Below, one piece after another: positions 8,654 to 17,903 of a stretch of DNA of 64,000 nucleotides (its first letter is position 1; every line of letters begins with the position of its first letter). This DNA comes from Clostridiales bacterium (GTDB lineage Bacteria; Bacillota; Clostridia; Christensenellales; Aristaeellaceae), in assembly GCA_015056265.1 (NCBI GenBank), contig SVGR01000001.1, positions 228 through 64,227 on the forward strand, given 5' to 3'. Below the pieces are notes generated by a model, which was not told the origin of the DNA, did no database searches, and worked only from the letters and a program-made list of their open reading frames with translations. Made by a program: the position numbers and the translations under genes.

Positions 8654-10138
8654 TTACGCGAAGGGATTTTCGGTGGGATAGGGCAGGTTCTTGGGCTGGT
8701 TGTAGGCGATATCCTGCACACCCAGGAACTTGAACACTTCGTAGAGATACTTGGCGCAATGTGCGAACGCCACGGCGCCGTGATGGGGATAGCGCTTCTG
8801 CACCAGCACATGGCGATAAAAACGATCCATTTCGGGAATGGCGAAAACGCCGATGCCACCGAAAGAACGGGTGGCCACGGGCAGCACTTCGCCCTGGGCG
8901 ATATAGGAGCGCAGCACGCCCTCAGAATCGCACTGGAGACGGAAGAAGGTAATGGGGCTGGGAGCGATATCGCCTTCCAGAGTGCCGCGGGAGATATCGG
9001 GCTCAGATCCCACAGGCTCCAGCACACGATGCTGGATCAGCTGATACTTGACAGCACGATCGGCGCACATCTTGCAGGCGGGGGTATTGCCGCAGTGGAA
9101 GCCCATGAAGGTTTCGGTGAGGGTGTAATCATGCTTGCCCTTGATATCTTCATCATAGATGTAGCCGGGCACGGAATTGTTGATATCCAGCAGGGTAACA
9201 GCATCGCCGGTGACGCAGGCGCCGATGTATTCGCTCAGGGCGCCGTAAATATCCACTTCGCAGGCAACGGGAATACCACGGGCGGCCAGGCGGCTGTTCA
9301 CATAGCAGGGTTCAAAGCCAAACTGGGAGGGGAAGGCGGGCCAGCACTTATCGGCAAAGACCACATACTTGCGGGATCCCTTGTGTTCTTCCGCCCAATC
9401 CAGCAAGGTCAGTTCAAACTGGGCCATGCGTTCGTTCAGATCGGGATAATACTTGCCTTCGCCCATTTCCTTGGCCATGTCTTCGCAGATGGCGGGGATG
9501 CGGGGATCGTTGGCATGATTCTTATAAGCCACCAGCAGATCCAGCTCGCTGTTTTCTTCAATTTCCACACCCAGCTCATACAGGCCCTTGATGGGAGCGT
9601 TGCAGGCGAAGAAATCCTGGGGACGGGGCCCGAAGGTGATGATCTTGAGGTTCTTCACGCCGATGATAGCCCGGGCAATCGGGATGAAATCGGCGATCTT
9701 ATCAGCCAGTTCATCGGCAGTGCCCACGGGATATTCGGGGATATAGCCGGTCAGATGGCGCATGCCCAGATTGTAGGAGCAGTTCAGCATGCCGCAATAA
9801 GCGTCGCCGCGGCCGTTGATCATATCGCCGTCGCCTTCGGCAGCCGCCACGAACATGCAGGGGCCGTCGAAATACTTGGCGATCAGGGTTTCAGGGGTTT
9901 CAGGACCGAAGTTGCCCAGGAACACTACAGCGGCATTGCACTCATTGGCCTTCAGTTCTTCCACGGCCTTGAGCATGTCCTTTTCATTTTCCACAGTGGT
10001 CTTGATTTCAACAATATTCAGTTCCTTCTGGCCGCACTTGGCAGCGATGGCGCCCCGACGCATCTCGGACAGGGAAATAGGAAAACAGTCACGGGATACG
10101 GCCACCAGGCCCAGCTTAACAACAGGAATGTTGCTCAT
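8654..10138 (-). CDS. L-fucose/L-arabinose isomerase family protein
   Basis: GGAGGTCGTTTCCC precedes ATG at 10138. About 495 aa, with VKLGLVAVSRDCFP...VVFLGNFGPE...GDAYCGMLNCSYNL typical of the FucI-like fold. Confidence 0.65.
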   Translation of the reverse strand: MSNIPVVKLGLVAVSRDCFPISLSEMRRGAIAAKCGQKELNIVEIKTTVENEKDMLKAVEELKANECNAAVVFLGNFGPETPETLIAKYFDGPCMFVAAAEGDGDMINGRGDAYCGMLNCSYNLGMRHLTGYIPEYPVGTADELADKIADFIPIARAIIGVKNLKIITFGPRPQDFFACNAPIKGLYELGVEIEENSELDLLVAYKNHANDPRIPAICEDMAKEMGEGKYYPDLNERMAQFELTLLDWAEEHKGSRKYVVFADKCWPAFPSQFGFEPCYVNSRLAARGIPVACEVDIYGALSEYIGACVTGDAVTLLDINNSVPGYIYDEDIKGKHDYTLTETFMGFHCGNTPACKMCADRAVKYQLIQHRVLEPVGSEPDISRGTLEGDIAPSPITFFRLQCDSEGVLRSYIAQGEVLPVATRSFGGIGVFAIPEMDRFYRHVLVQKRYPHHGAVAFAHCAKYLYEVFKFLGVQDIAYNQPKNLPYPTENPFA

Positions 10139-10340
10139 GGGAAACGACCTCCTCATTCATATCGATACGTGTATTGGGAAAAAAACGTATATATCTATAC
10201 ACGTTTCAATCATAGTGGATTTCCCTGTTTCTGTCAAGTATTTTCTTCTCATAATCTCCCCGGATTGTGCTGTTTTGCCTGCTGATTTCATGCCGGTCGA
10301 TGGCCGGGCAGCACCTTCGATTTTGTTACAATTCACCCCC

Positions 10341-10386
10341 TTGACAAGAAGTGGTAGACAAGTGTATCCTTTCGGTAGACAATTGT
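10341..10386 (+). promoter_or_regulatory. promoter with two BlaI/CopY-type ACAnnTGT boxes
   Basis: TTGACA at 10341-10346. Direct repeat GGTAGACAA occurs at 10353-10361 and 10373-10381. Boxes ACAAGTGT (10358-10365) and ACAATTGT (10378-10385, within the palindrome GACAATTGTC) lie just upstream of the blaI-like gene. Confidence 0.5.
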
Positions 10387-10415
10387 CACCAACCGAATGA
10401 AGGAGGTTATTGGCT

Positions 10416-10787
10416 ATGGCTGTGCAATGCACTGAGGCGGAATGGAAGATCATGGAGGTTTTGTGGGAGGACGCTCCCCGTACTATGCCTGAAATCACCA
10501 AAGCGCTGTTTGAAAAAACAGGCTGGAGCCGCCATACGGTGATCACGCTGCTGAAAAGAATGCAGGAAAAGGGCAGCATCCGGGTGGATGAATCAGGCCC
10601 TGTGAAGAAATACTTTCCCCTGATTTCCCAGGAGGAGGCCAGCAGCCAGGAAACCAAAAAGCTGCTTTCCCACGTATTTTCCGGCAAGGCCTCCCTGCTG
10701 GTGCAGAATCTGGTGGATTCGGGAGAAATCACCCTCAAGGAAATGGAAGAACTGATGGCCCTCATCCGAAAAGAGGGCAAAAAATGA
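10416..10787 (+). CDS. BlaI/MecI/CopY family transcriptional repressor
   Basis: TEAEWKIMEVLWEDAPRTMPEITKAL...WSRHTVITLLKRMQEKG. AGGAGG lies 9 nt before ATG 10416. Confidence 0.85.
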   Translation: MAVQCTEAEWKIMEVLWEDAPRTMPEITKALFEKTGWSRHTVITLLKRMQEKGSIRVDESGPVKKYFPLISQEEASSQETKKLLSHVFSGKASLLVQNLVDSGEITLKEMEELMALIRKEGKK

Positions 10788-10819
10788 TCTGTAACTACCG
10801 AGGATAAGGAGGGCTGTTC

Positions 10820-12424
10820 ATGCGAACTGCAACCATCTATAATTTCCTGCTGGAAGCCAATCTGATGGCCAGCATCGCTATTATACTGATGCTGGCGGTC
10901 CGAAAGCTGCTAAGAAAGCCTTTGGGCTGCGGCGCCATCCGCTTTGGATGGCTGTTGGTGGCCATCCGTCTTCTCTGTCCCCTGACCCTGCCCAATCCCT
11001 TCATTGGCACCATCCGATCCGACTATGTGAATGATCTGGCCATTCGTCCCATCGCCAGCCAGGTGCAGCGGCGGGTGGAGGATGGACTGGGCGATCTGTA
11101 TTGGGCCATGCGGAAGGGCGCAGGCATGGCGGAGGAGAATCCCGTTTCCCAAGCGGTGAGAAGTTCCTATTTGGGCATGGGCAACGGATCCTTTGCCCGA
11201 ACGATGATGATCATCTATCTGATCGGTATGGCGCTGGTAATCGGCTGGTTTATTTTTTCCAATGTGCGCTTCCGCTACCGCCTGAAGGCAGATCGGATTG
11301 AGACGCTGAACGGCGAATTGCTTTCCCACTATCATGCCCTGTGCAAGAAACGGGGAGTAAAACCTCTTCCGGTGTATCTTACCGATCCCCTGCCCAGCGC
11401 CTGCCTGGTGGGCGTATTCCGGCCCTGGATCGCCCTGCCCCTGTCCGCCTCCCCCCAGGATGCCATCCGGGTTCTGGATCACGAAATCTGCCACTACAAG
11501 GGATGGGATCATATCTGGGCGCTGCTGCGGCTCTTCTGCTGCGCCCTTCACTGGTTCAATCCCCTGGTATGGCTGGCGGCCAAATGCAGCCGTACTGACG
11601 GGGAATTGCACTGCGATGAGCGGGTCGCCAAGGATATGAACCTGGAAGAAAAGCAGCAGTATGCCGGCATTCTGGTGCTGGCAGCCGCTAAAAGAAGCGC
11701 CCCGGGGGTACCGGTGCTGGCTACCGGCATGACCATGACGGGCAGGAAACTGAAAAACCGGGTGCAGGGCATTGTATCGGGCAAAAAGCCCCTGAAGGCC
11801 CTGTCTATGGGATTCATGATCCTTGCCTCCATGCTGCTGGTATGCGCCTTTGCCACGGCGGAATACTTCCCCGTTCCCGGCATACCCGCCTTCAGGGAAG
11901 AAATGCTGCCCCCGGTTCAGCCCATCGCCACCCTGGAAGAGGCCATCATCTATGCAAAGCAAATCCCAGATCTGCCCTACATCCAATGGAATGCACAGGG
12001 CGCTGCCTGGACGGCAGATGAATTCCCCGACGCAGGAGAGGCTTTCCGGGTGTGCGCCAGAAAGGAAAACGGCAATTATCTGATTGTGGTATTGCTCAAA
12101 GAAGGAGGCATTCACAGCATCGTCCAGACCAGCCCGATTTCCTGGGCTACTGCAAAGGAGGAAAGGAAGAACGCATCCTGGGAGCCGGAGCTGATCAAAT
12201 TTGCGGCCCAGTATGTCACAGCCGCCAATCCTGCTCTGGACGGAAAGCTGAATATGGAAACCATCACCATCCGCCATATAACGGATACAGAGCATCCCGG
12301 GGCCCTCTTTGCCATGGTGGATATTTCCTACACTGAAAAGGTGAACAATTCCTGGGGCACCATTGTAGTGGTTCAATTGGCGCCGGAACTGAGGATATTC
12401 GAATGCTCCCCCGGCAACGGATAA
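10820..12424 (+). CDS. BlaR1-like M56 family membrane metalloprotease/sensor with non-PBP extracellular domain
   Basis: Has N-terminal TM helices, the HEXXH motif LDHEICHYKGWDH, and LHWFNPLVWLA. The C-terminal ~200 aa show no SxxK/KTG motifs. Confidence 0.8.
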   Translation: MRTATIYNFLLEANLMASIAIILMLAVRKLLRKPLGCGAIRFGWLLVAIRLLCPLTLPNPFIGTIRSDYVNDLAIRPIASQVQRRVEDGLGDLYWAMRKGAGMAEENPVSQAVRSSYLGMGNGSFARTMMIIYLIGMALVIGWFIFSNVRFRYRLKADRIETLNGELLSHYHALCKKRGVKPLPVYLTDPLPSACLVGVFRPWIALPLSASPQDAIRVLDHEICHYKGWDHIWALLRLFCCALHWFNPLVWLAAKCSRTDGELHCDERVAKDMNLEEKQQYAGILVLAAAKRSAPGVPVLATGMTMTGRKLKNRVQGIVSGKKPLKALSMGFMILASMLLVCAFATAEYFPVPGIPAFREEMLPPVQPIATLEEAIIYAKQIPDLPYIQWNAQGAAWTADEFPDAGEAFRVCARKENGNYLIVVLLKEGGIHSIVQTSPISWATAKEERKNASWEPELIKFAAQYVTAANPALDGKLNMETITIRHITDTEHPGALFAMVDISYTEKVNNSWGTIVVVQLAPELRIFECSPGNG

Positions 12425-12437
12425 GGAGGCAATGCAG

Positions 12438-14117
12438 ATGAAAAATGCAATTATCCTTTTGTTGTGCCTGCTTCTTTTGCCAATAGCTGCGCTGGGAGAA
12501 GGGGATGCAGCCGCAGATTTCAGGCAGCTGCTGGTTTCATCCTTTGGCTATACGGAAGAAGAAGCGGCGGATTTTCAGATAGAGCTGACCATCGAAGGCA
12601 ATAAATCCACCGTCCGGGGCTGGCCCAAGGCGCGCCCGGAATGGGTATATACCGATGAGGAAGAAATCATCAGCGATTCCGGGATGAAATCGTATAGAGA
12701 ACTAAGTCCCTTTGAGTCCGGCCTTGGCATCGGCAGAGAAGGCAGCCTGCGCCGTTTCCTGCGGGAGGAAAGGGAGCAGGGCTGGTTCAAAAACTGGGAA
12801 CAAGGGGGCAGGGAGGCCTTCTGGGCCCGGATGGAAAAGACGGACTACATCCAATATCATTTTCTTTCCAAAGAGCATCTGCATCAGATAACCCCCGGCC
12901 AGGCCCTGGATTTCCTCTTTCAGCTGATGATGAACCATCCTGTCCGCTGGACCCCCGCCCTCTGGCAATGGTATGAGGAGGAGCGGGCTGCCCGGGGAAT
13001 CAGTGAAACATCCAATGCCTATACCGCCCTGTATCTGGAAGACGGCGTGTATGCAAGAACCCCCTATGCCCTGCACCTCTTCCGGGAGGAAATCCCCATG
13101 GAATTCCAGGCGGCTTTTTCTCATCCGCAGCTGGAGGACTGGCAATTCCTCAGCGGCGCTGTTTATGAATTTGGAAAATCAGGCTCTGCCACCGGGCTGG
13201 GAGCCTTTGGCAAGGGGGAGGAACGGCTGCTGGTCATGATCAGGCGAAACAACAATGATCCGGCCTGGCGCACCTATCCCGTCGGTATGCCCCATCACCT
13301 GCAGGGAAAGGATATCCTCATTTCCTGCGCCCATGACGCGTCCCTATTCATCGTGGATTTGTCCCAGGGAACAATGAAGGAGCATCTGCTGCTGAGCCCG
13401 GAATCCGTCTCCGATACCATTGCCTATCTGCGCATTGAGGAATACAGCCAAAGCAATACGGAAACAGGGGAAGGCTTTCGGATTTACGAAAATCAATTCG
13501 TCACCTATCAGCCGGGGCAGGAACCGATATATCAAACCCTTCCCGGCTGGGTGCTGGGCTTTGCCAGCGATGAAAGGGATGCGCCTTTGCCCACAACATT
13601 TGAAGAATGCCTTGCCTATGATCTGCCCCTTCCTGAGGGATATCGAGCGGTGGGCGGCGTACATCTGAGAGAAAAAACCTCTTCCCATTCCCGGGATCTG
13701 GGAGAATTCTATACCGGCGCTCTGGTGAAAATGACGGGAACCCTTTCCGGCGATCCCTACCCCTGGTATCAGGTAGAAATCGGCTTTCTGAAAGGGTATA
13801 TGGCCAGCAACTATGCCGATCTTACCCATCGCCCGGGGGGACTCAGGCCCCAGGACTGCACCCCGCTGAAGGTGGCCCAGACCACGAAAAAAACGCCCCT
13901 CCGATGGGGCACAGGGCTGCTGGACAGAAAGAAGCGGGATGTGCAGCCGGGAGAAAGGATGCATCTGCTGGCCATGCTGGGAAATTACTATTATGTATCC
14001 ATTCCCCGCTCCGGCCAGCCCGGCCGATTCATGGATACAGAAGGGGAATACGGCTATATCCATAAAAATGACGTGAAAATCGCCGGCACCGCCCTGCAGC
14101 TGGACTGGGCACAATGA
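12438..14117 (+). CDS. secreted protein with two C-terminal SH3b-like domains
   Basis: Signal peptide MKNAIILLLCLLLLPIAALG. C-terminal YTGALVKMTG...WYQVEIGFLKGYMASNY and GERMHLLAMLGNYYYVSIP...GYIHKNDV resemble bacterial SH3. AGGAGG lies 8 nt before ATG 12438. Confidence 0.6.
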   Translation: MKNAIILLLCLLLLPIAALGEGDAAADFRQLLVSSFGYTEEEAADFQIELTIEGNKSTVRGWPKARPEWVYTDEEEIISDSGMKSYRELSPFESGLGIGREGSLRRFLREEREQGWFKNWEQGGREAFWARMEKTDYIQYHFLSKEHLHQITPGQALDFLFQLMMNHPVRWTPALWQWYEEERAARGISETSNAYTALYLEDGVYARTPYALHLFREEIPMEFQAAFSHPQLEDWQFLSGAVYEFGKSGSATGLGAFGKGEERLLVMIRRNNNDPAWRTYPVGMPHHLQGKDILISCAHDASLFIVDLSQGTMKEHLLLSPESVSDTIAYLRIEEYSQSNTETGEGFRIYENQFVTYQPGQEPIYQTLPGWVLGFASDERDAPLPTTFEECLAYDLPLPEGYRAVGGVHLREKTSSHSRDLGEFYTGALVKMTGTLSGDPYPWYQVEIGFLKGYMASNYADLTHRPGGLRPQDCTPLKVAQTTKKTPLRWGTGLLDRKKRDVQPGERMHLLAMLGNYYYVSIPRSGQPGRFMDTEGEYGYIHKNDVKIAGTALQLDWAQ

Positions 14118-14120
14118 CAA

Positions 14121-14152
14121 AGGCTGCAGCAGAAACACATCTGCTGCAGCCT
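14121..14152. terminator. bidirectional hairpin terminator
   Basis: 12-bp stem AGGCTGCAGCAG/CTGCTGCAGCCT between convergent genes. Confidence 0.6.
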
Positions 14153-14160
14153 TCCTTTAT

Positions 14161-15597
14161 TTATTTGTCCAGGCTTACTTTTTCATTTCTGATGGCGCTT
14201 ACCCATTTTCCGGTACGGTAGCGCAGGAACATACACAGGGCGCGCACCGCCTGATCCATGCACATGCAGATAACCGCTTCCGGCAGCCCCATGCCAAACA
14301 CCCGGATACACAGCACCGCCCCCAGCGCCCGGATCAGCCAGTTACCCCCAGCCGTAATGTAGAAGGGCCAGCGGGTGTCCCCTGCTCCCCGTAGAGCACC
14401 AGCCAGAATCCAGGCAATCACCTGGATGGGCTGCACAAATGCCACAATCTGCAGACATTGCTGGGCTAAAGGGATCACCTCCGGATCCGGGGTGATGATG
14501 CCCACCAGCTGCCGGGCGAATGCATACAGGCAAACGCCCGCCGCCAGCATAATCCCTATCCCGATCATGCAGGTATGCCGGGCATATTTCCGGGCCAGAC
14601 CCGGCTTATTTGCCCCCAGAGACTGGCCCACCAGGGTGGTGGCAGCAGTGGCAAAGGCAAAGGCCGGCATGAAGGAAAGGGATTCCGCCGTGGAATAAAC
14701 AGAATTGGCAGCCACTGCCACGGTTCCCAAAGAAGCAATGGATTTGGTAACCAGGATACCGGACGCAGACATGCAGAACCGTTCCAGCATGGCGGGGATG
14801 GAAAGCTTCACCACCCGGCTGAGCACGGCCTTCTCCGGTCGGAAGGAATCCCGGATAGAAATGCGGGTGGGATCCTTCTTTACAAAAAGCATCACCGCCA
14901 GCGCCGCACCCCCCAACAGCCAGGAAGCACCGGTGGAAAGGGCCGCGCCCTTCACCCCCAGTCCTGCACCGATCATGGGAATTGCCCAATGAATATTCAG
15001 GGCGTCAATATGAATATTCAGGGTGTGATTATCATGGATCAAAAGATAATTCCCGATAATATTCAGGATATTTACCACAATATTGATGCGAAGGGGAGTT
15101 TTGGTATCCCCTCTGCCCCGGAATACGGAGCCCAGCACCATCATTGCCATGGAAAAGATGCGGAAAATTGAAGTAATCAGCAGGTATTCCTGGGCCAGAG
15201 GCAAAAAATCCGCTTCCGCCCCCATCCACTGGGGAATCTGGCGGTACAGGGCCAAAGGCACCAGCGCCAGGGGCAGCCCCACCAGCAGCAACAAAATCAG
15301 CCCATGGCGAATATAATTCTTGGCGGCGTCATAATCCTTGGCCCCCACGGTGCGGGCCACATAGGCCGTAACCCCCACCCCCAGGGCCATCACCACTCCG
15401 TTGATTAAAAACACAAAGGAATTGGAAATGGATACGGCAGCAGTAGCGGTTTTACCCAATCCGCCCACCATTGCGGTATCCGCAAAGGATACCAGCGTGG
15501 ATAGAACCTGTTCCAGGAACAGGGGCCACGCCAGCCACAATATAACCTTTAATGAGGATTGATTTTCATTTGTCAGATCCAGCTTTTTTCGTGCCAT
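14161..15597 (-). CDS. MATE family efflux transporter
   Basis: ILWLAWPLFLEQVLSTLVSFADTAMVGGLG plus 12-TM-like hydrophobicity. The start is taken at MARKKLDL because a promoter-like element lies between the ORF-track start and this ATG. Confidence 0.8.
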   Translation of the reverse strand: MARKKLDLTNENQSSLKVILWLAWPLFLEQVLSTLVSFADTAMVGGLGKTATAAVSISNSFVFLINGVVMALGVGVTAYVARTVGAKDYDAAKNYIRHGLILLLLVGLPLALVPLALYRQIPQWMGAEADFLPLAQEYLLITSIFRIFSMAMMVLGSVFRGRGDTKTPLRINIVVNILNIIGNYLLIHDNHTLNIHIDALNIHWAIPMIGAGLGVKGAALSTGASWLLGGAALAVMLFVKKDPTRISIRDSFRPEKAVLSRVVKLSIPAMLERFCMSASGILVTKSIASLGTVAVAANSVYSTAESLSFMPAFAFATAATTLVGQSLGANKPGLARKYARHTCMIGIGIMLAAGVCLYAFARQLVGIITPDPEVIPLAQQCLQIVAFVQPIQVIAWILAGALRGAGDTRWPFYITAGGNWLIRALGAVLCIRVFGMGLPEAVICMCMDQAVRALCMFLRYRTGKWVSAIRNEKVSLDK

Positions 15598-15631
15598 CAG
15601 ATGCGCCTGCCTTTGTAAATCGATCCCGTTT

Positions 15632-15660
15632 ACCATATCATTTTTTCCATGATCTGTCAA
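15632..15660 (-). promoter_or_regulatory. putative promoter of the MATE gene
   Basis: On the minus strand, TTGACA (15660-15655), a 17-nt spacer and TATGGT (15637-15632). It lies immediately after the upstream operon's terminator. Confidence 0.4.
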
Positions 15661-15661
15661 T

Positions 15662-15697
15662 CAAAAAAGCCCGGCAGGGAAATCTCCTGTCGGGCTT
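15662..15697 (-). terminator. terminator of the GTPase pair operon
   Basis: AAGCCCGACAGG/CCTGCCGGGCTT hairpin followed by T6 on the minus strand. Confidence 0.7.
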
Positions 15698-15708
15698 GAA
15701 GCGATCCT

Positions 15709-16659
15709 TTATTCAAAGATCATGAATTTTTCCTTTGGGGTTTGTCCTGGGCAGCTGTCCATTTCGTCCAGCATGATTTCCACATCCAGGTCCTTACCCA
15801 CCATATGGCAAAGGGCGGTCAATTCCACAAAAGCGCCGGGAGCATAAGGCTTTTTGAACCGGCACACCCAACCCACCGGGGCGATATCATCGGCACAGCA
15901 GGTCATGGCCATGCGGCCGAAGATCATAAAGCCCTTGGGCAGGCCCTTTTCCTTAAAATACTGGCCGGTGAGGCGTACGGTTTTGCCGTCATAGCGATCG
16001 GGATGCTCCAGAGAATCCAGATAGAAGGTGCCCATATGCTCTTCCCGGATATCGATCACCGGCGCCTTCACATCATAAGGCAGATCCTCATCTGCCACCC
16101 CATCCTCCATGGAGCCGTCCAAATTTTCAAACAGCACATTGGCCCGGGGATTGATGGCCTTGATCTGCCGTCGCCAGGCACTTTTATTATGCTGAGGAGC
16201 GCAGCGATTGACCAGAATCATTTCCGATTCCTTCATGGGATCGGTGAGGAACTTGCGCATATTGGCCATGTAATTATCGAAGGTGGTGGCGTCCGCCAGA
16301 TTCACCACCTGCACGATCCGCCAGGCGGGAGGCAGGGGGGTATTGGCCAGCAATTCAATGCCCCAGACGCTGTTGTATTCCACAATCACCCGATCCAGCC
16401 GGTTCTGACTGCTCAGATCACTGAGCCGCTGGGCGGTCAGTTCCTCCGGCTCCTGTAGCTGCACCAGGAAGGAATTGCTCTTTTTCAACAGTTCCGCATC
16501 CAGCTCCACTTCCCCCTCTTCGCAGCTGAGGATCATGGTACGCTGACCGTAGGTGAACCGCTCATTACGCAGCATGTTTTCGATGAGAGAGGTTTTGCCG
16601 CTTTCCAGAAAACCGGTAATCACATAAAGAGCAACAATTTCTTCACGCTTCTGTTTCAT
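15709..16659 (-). CDS. divergent G3E/CobW-like P-loop protein lacking the CxCC motif, with a C-terminal CCxDD domain
   Basis: Walker A GFLESGKT. SCEEGEVE stands where CxCC is expected. The C-terminus reads GKTVRLTGQYF...FGRMAMTCCADDIAPVGWVC. ATG 16659 overlaps the upstream stop (ATATGA). Confidence 0.7.
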   Translation of the reverse strand: MKQKREEIVALYVITGFLESGKTSLIENMLRNERFTYGQRTMILSCEEGEVELDAELLKKSNSFLVQLQEPEELTAQRLSDLSSQNRLDRVIVEYNSVWGIELLANTPLPPAWRIVQVVNLADATTFDNYMANMRKFLTDPMKESEMILVNRCAPQHNKSAWRRQIKAINPRANVLFENLDGSMEDGVADEDLPYDVKAPVIDIREEHMGTFYLDSLEHPDRYDGKTVRLTGQYFKEKGLPKGFMIFGRMAMTCCADDIAPVGWVCRFKKPYAPGAFVELTALCHMVGKDLDVEIMLDEMDSCPGQTPKEKFMIFE

Positions 16660-17903
16660 ATTGCAAACAGCTCCCGAACAGCCTGTTCCTTCAGATGGGC
16701 GCCGATAATGCACAGCCGGCCGGTATAATCCGCAGAGCCGGGACGGATCTGGCTTTCACCGGGCACATAGTCAAACTGGAACCAGCTGCCATCCCCGGAC
16801 TGCAGCACGCCCTTGGCCCGCAGCACATGGCCAAATTTTTCTTCATTTTCCAGCTGATCCAGCATGCCCTGGATTTCCGCCTGCTCATACCGCCGGGCAG
16901 TTTCGGCACCAATGGAAACGAAGACTTCATCAGCATCGTGGCCGTGATGATGATGTCCATGATGATCATGATCGTGGCAGCCGCAGGTGCAGTGTTCATC
17001 ATGTTCGTGATGATGATGCTCGTGGTGCTCATGGCAATCGCAATGCTCTTCATGATCATGGTGATGATGATCATGGTGCTCGTGGCAATCGCAATGTTCT
17101 TCATGATCATGGTGATGATGATCATGGTGCTCATGGCAATCGCAATGTTCTTCATGATCATGGTGATGATGATCATGGTGCTCGTGGCAATCGCAATGCT
17201 CTTCATGATCATGGTGATGATGATCATGATGGCCGTGGCAGCCACAAGTGCAATGCTCATCATGGTGATGATGGTGATGCTCCATTTCCTCCCGGCTGAT
17301 GATTGGCCGGCCAGATTCGATCACTTCCAGCATTGCGTCGGAGGAAAGATCGTCCCAGGGGGTGGTAATGATCCGCACGCCGGGATGGCACTGCAGCATC
17401 AGCTGCCGGGCAGCCTCCACCTGGGCGGCGTCCATCAGCTGGGTGCGGCTGAAAATCACGGTATCAGCGGTTTTCACCTGATCCTGATAGAACTCCCCAA
17501 AGGCGCGCATGTGCATCTTGCACTTCTTGGCGTCAACCACCGTGGCGCAGCCGGAAACGGCAAGATCGGCATGCCGTTCCTTGGCCTTTTCCACTGCGGC
17601 CACAATTTCGCTCAGCTTGCCCACGCCGGAGGGCTCCACCAGCAGCCGGTCAGGGCTGTATTTTTCAATGATTTCGTCGATGGCGGCGTGCAAATCGCCC
17701 ACCAGACTGCAGCAGATGCAGCCGTTGCTCAGTTCGGTAACGGTAATGCCGGCATCCTTCATAAAGCTGCCGTCCACGCTCACATCACCGTATTCATTTT
17801 CCAGCAGCACAACCTTTTCATTTTTGATACTACCGGAAAGCAGTTTCTGGATGAGAGTGGTTTTACCCGCGCCCAGGAACCCGGAAATAATGTTAATCTT
17901 CAT
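16656..17903 (-). CDS. COG0523/CobW-family G3E GTPase (metallochaperone-type) with a giant His/Cys-rich insert
   Basis: Contains GFLGAGKTTLIQKLL (P-loop), NGCICCSL (CxCC) and a CobW_C-like end (VLRAKGVL...WFQFDYV). A ~115-aa H/D/E/C insert lies between the two domains. Confidence 0.85.
   Translation of the reverse strand: MKINIISGFLGAGKTTLIQKLLSGSIKNEKVVLLENEYGDVSVDGSFMKDAGITVTELSNGCICCSLVGDLHAAIDEIIEKYSPDRLLVEPSGVGKLSEIVAAVEKAKERHADLAVSGCATVVDAKKCKMHMRAFGEFYQDQVKTADTVIFSRTQLMDAAQVEAARQLMLQCHPGVRIITTPWDDLSSDAMLEVIESGRPIISREEMEHHHHHHDEHCTCGCHGHHDHHHHDHEEHCDCHEHHDHHHHDHEEHCDCHEHHDHHHHDHEEHCDCHEHHDHHHHDHEEHCDCHEHHEHHHHEHDEHCTCGCHDHDHHGHHHHGHDADEVFVSIGAETARRYEQAEIQGMLDQLENEEKFGHVLRAKGVLQSGDGSWFQFDYVPGESQIRPGSADYTGRLCIIGAHLKEQAVRELFAI
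17034..17237 (-). repeat. 4 x 51-bp in-frame tandem repeat encoding DHEEHCDCHEHHDHHHH
   Basis: Units start at 17034, 17085, 17136 and 17187 (plus-strand GCAATCGCAATG(C/T)TCTTCATGATCATGGTGATGATGATCATGGTGCTC(G/A)TG). Degenerate copies flank them across 16938-17283. Confidence 0.9.

Noticed and set aside
8759-10285. A 508-aa plus-strand ORF opposite the isomerase-like gene. Similar long ORFs lie at 10910-12376(-), 24755-26119(+), 22428-23417(+), 23624-24703(+) and 26579-28012(+).
   Set aside because: These are shadow ORFs antisense to clearly recognisable genes in GC-rich DNA. Their translations are low-complexity (G/A/H/I/Q-rich) with no RBS or family motifs.
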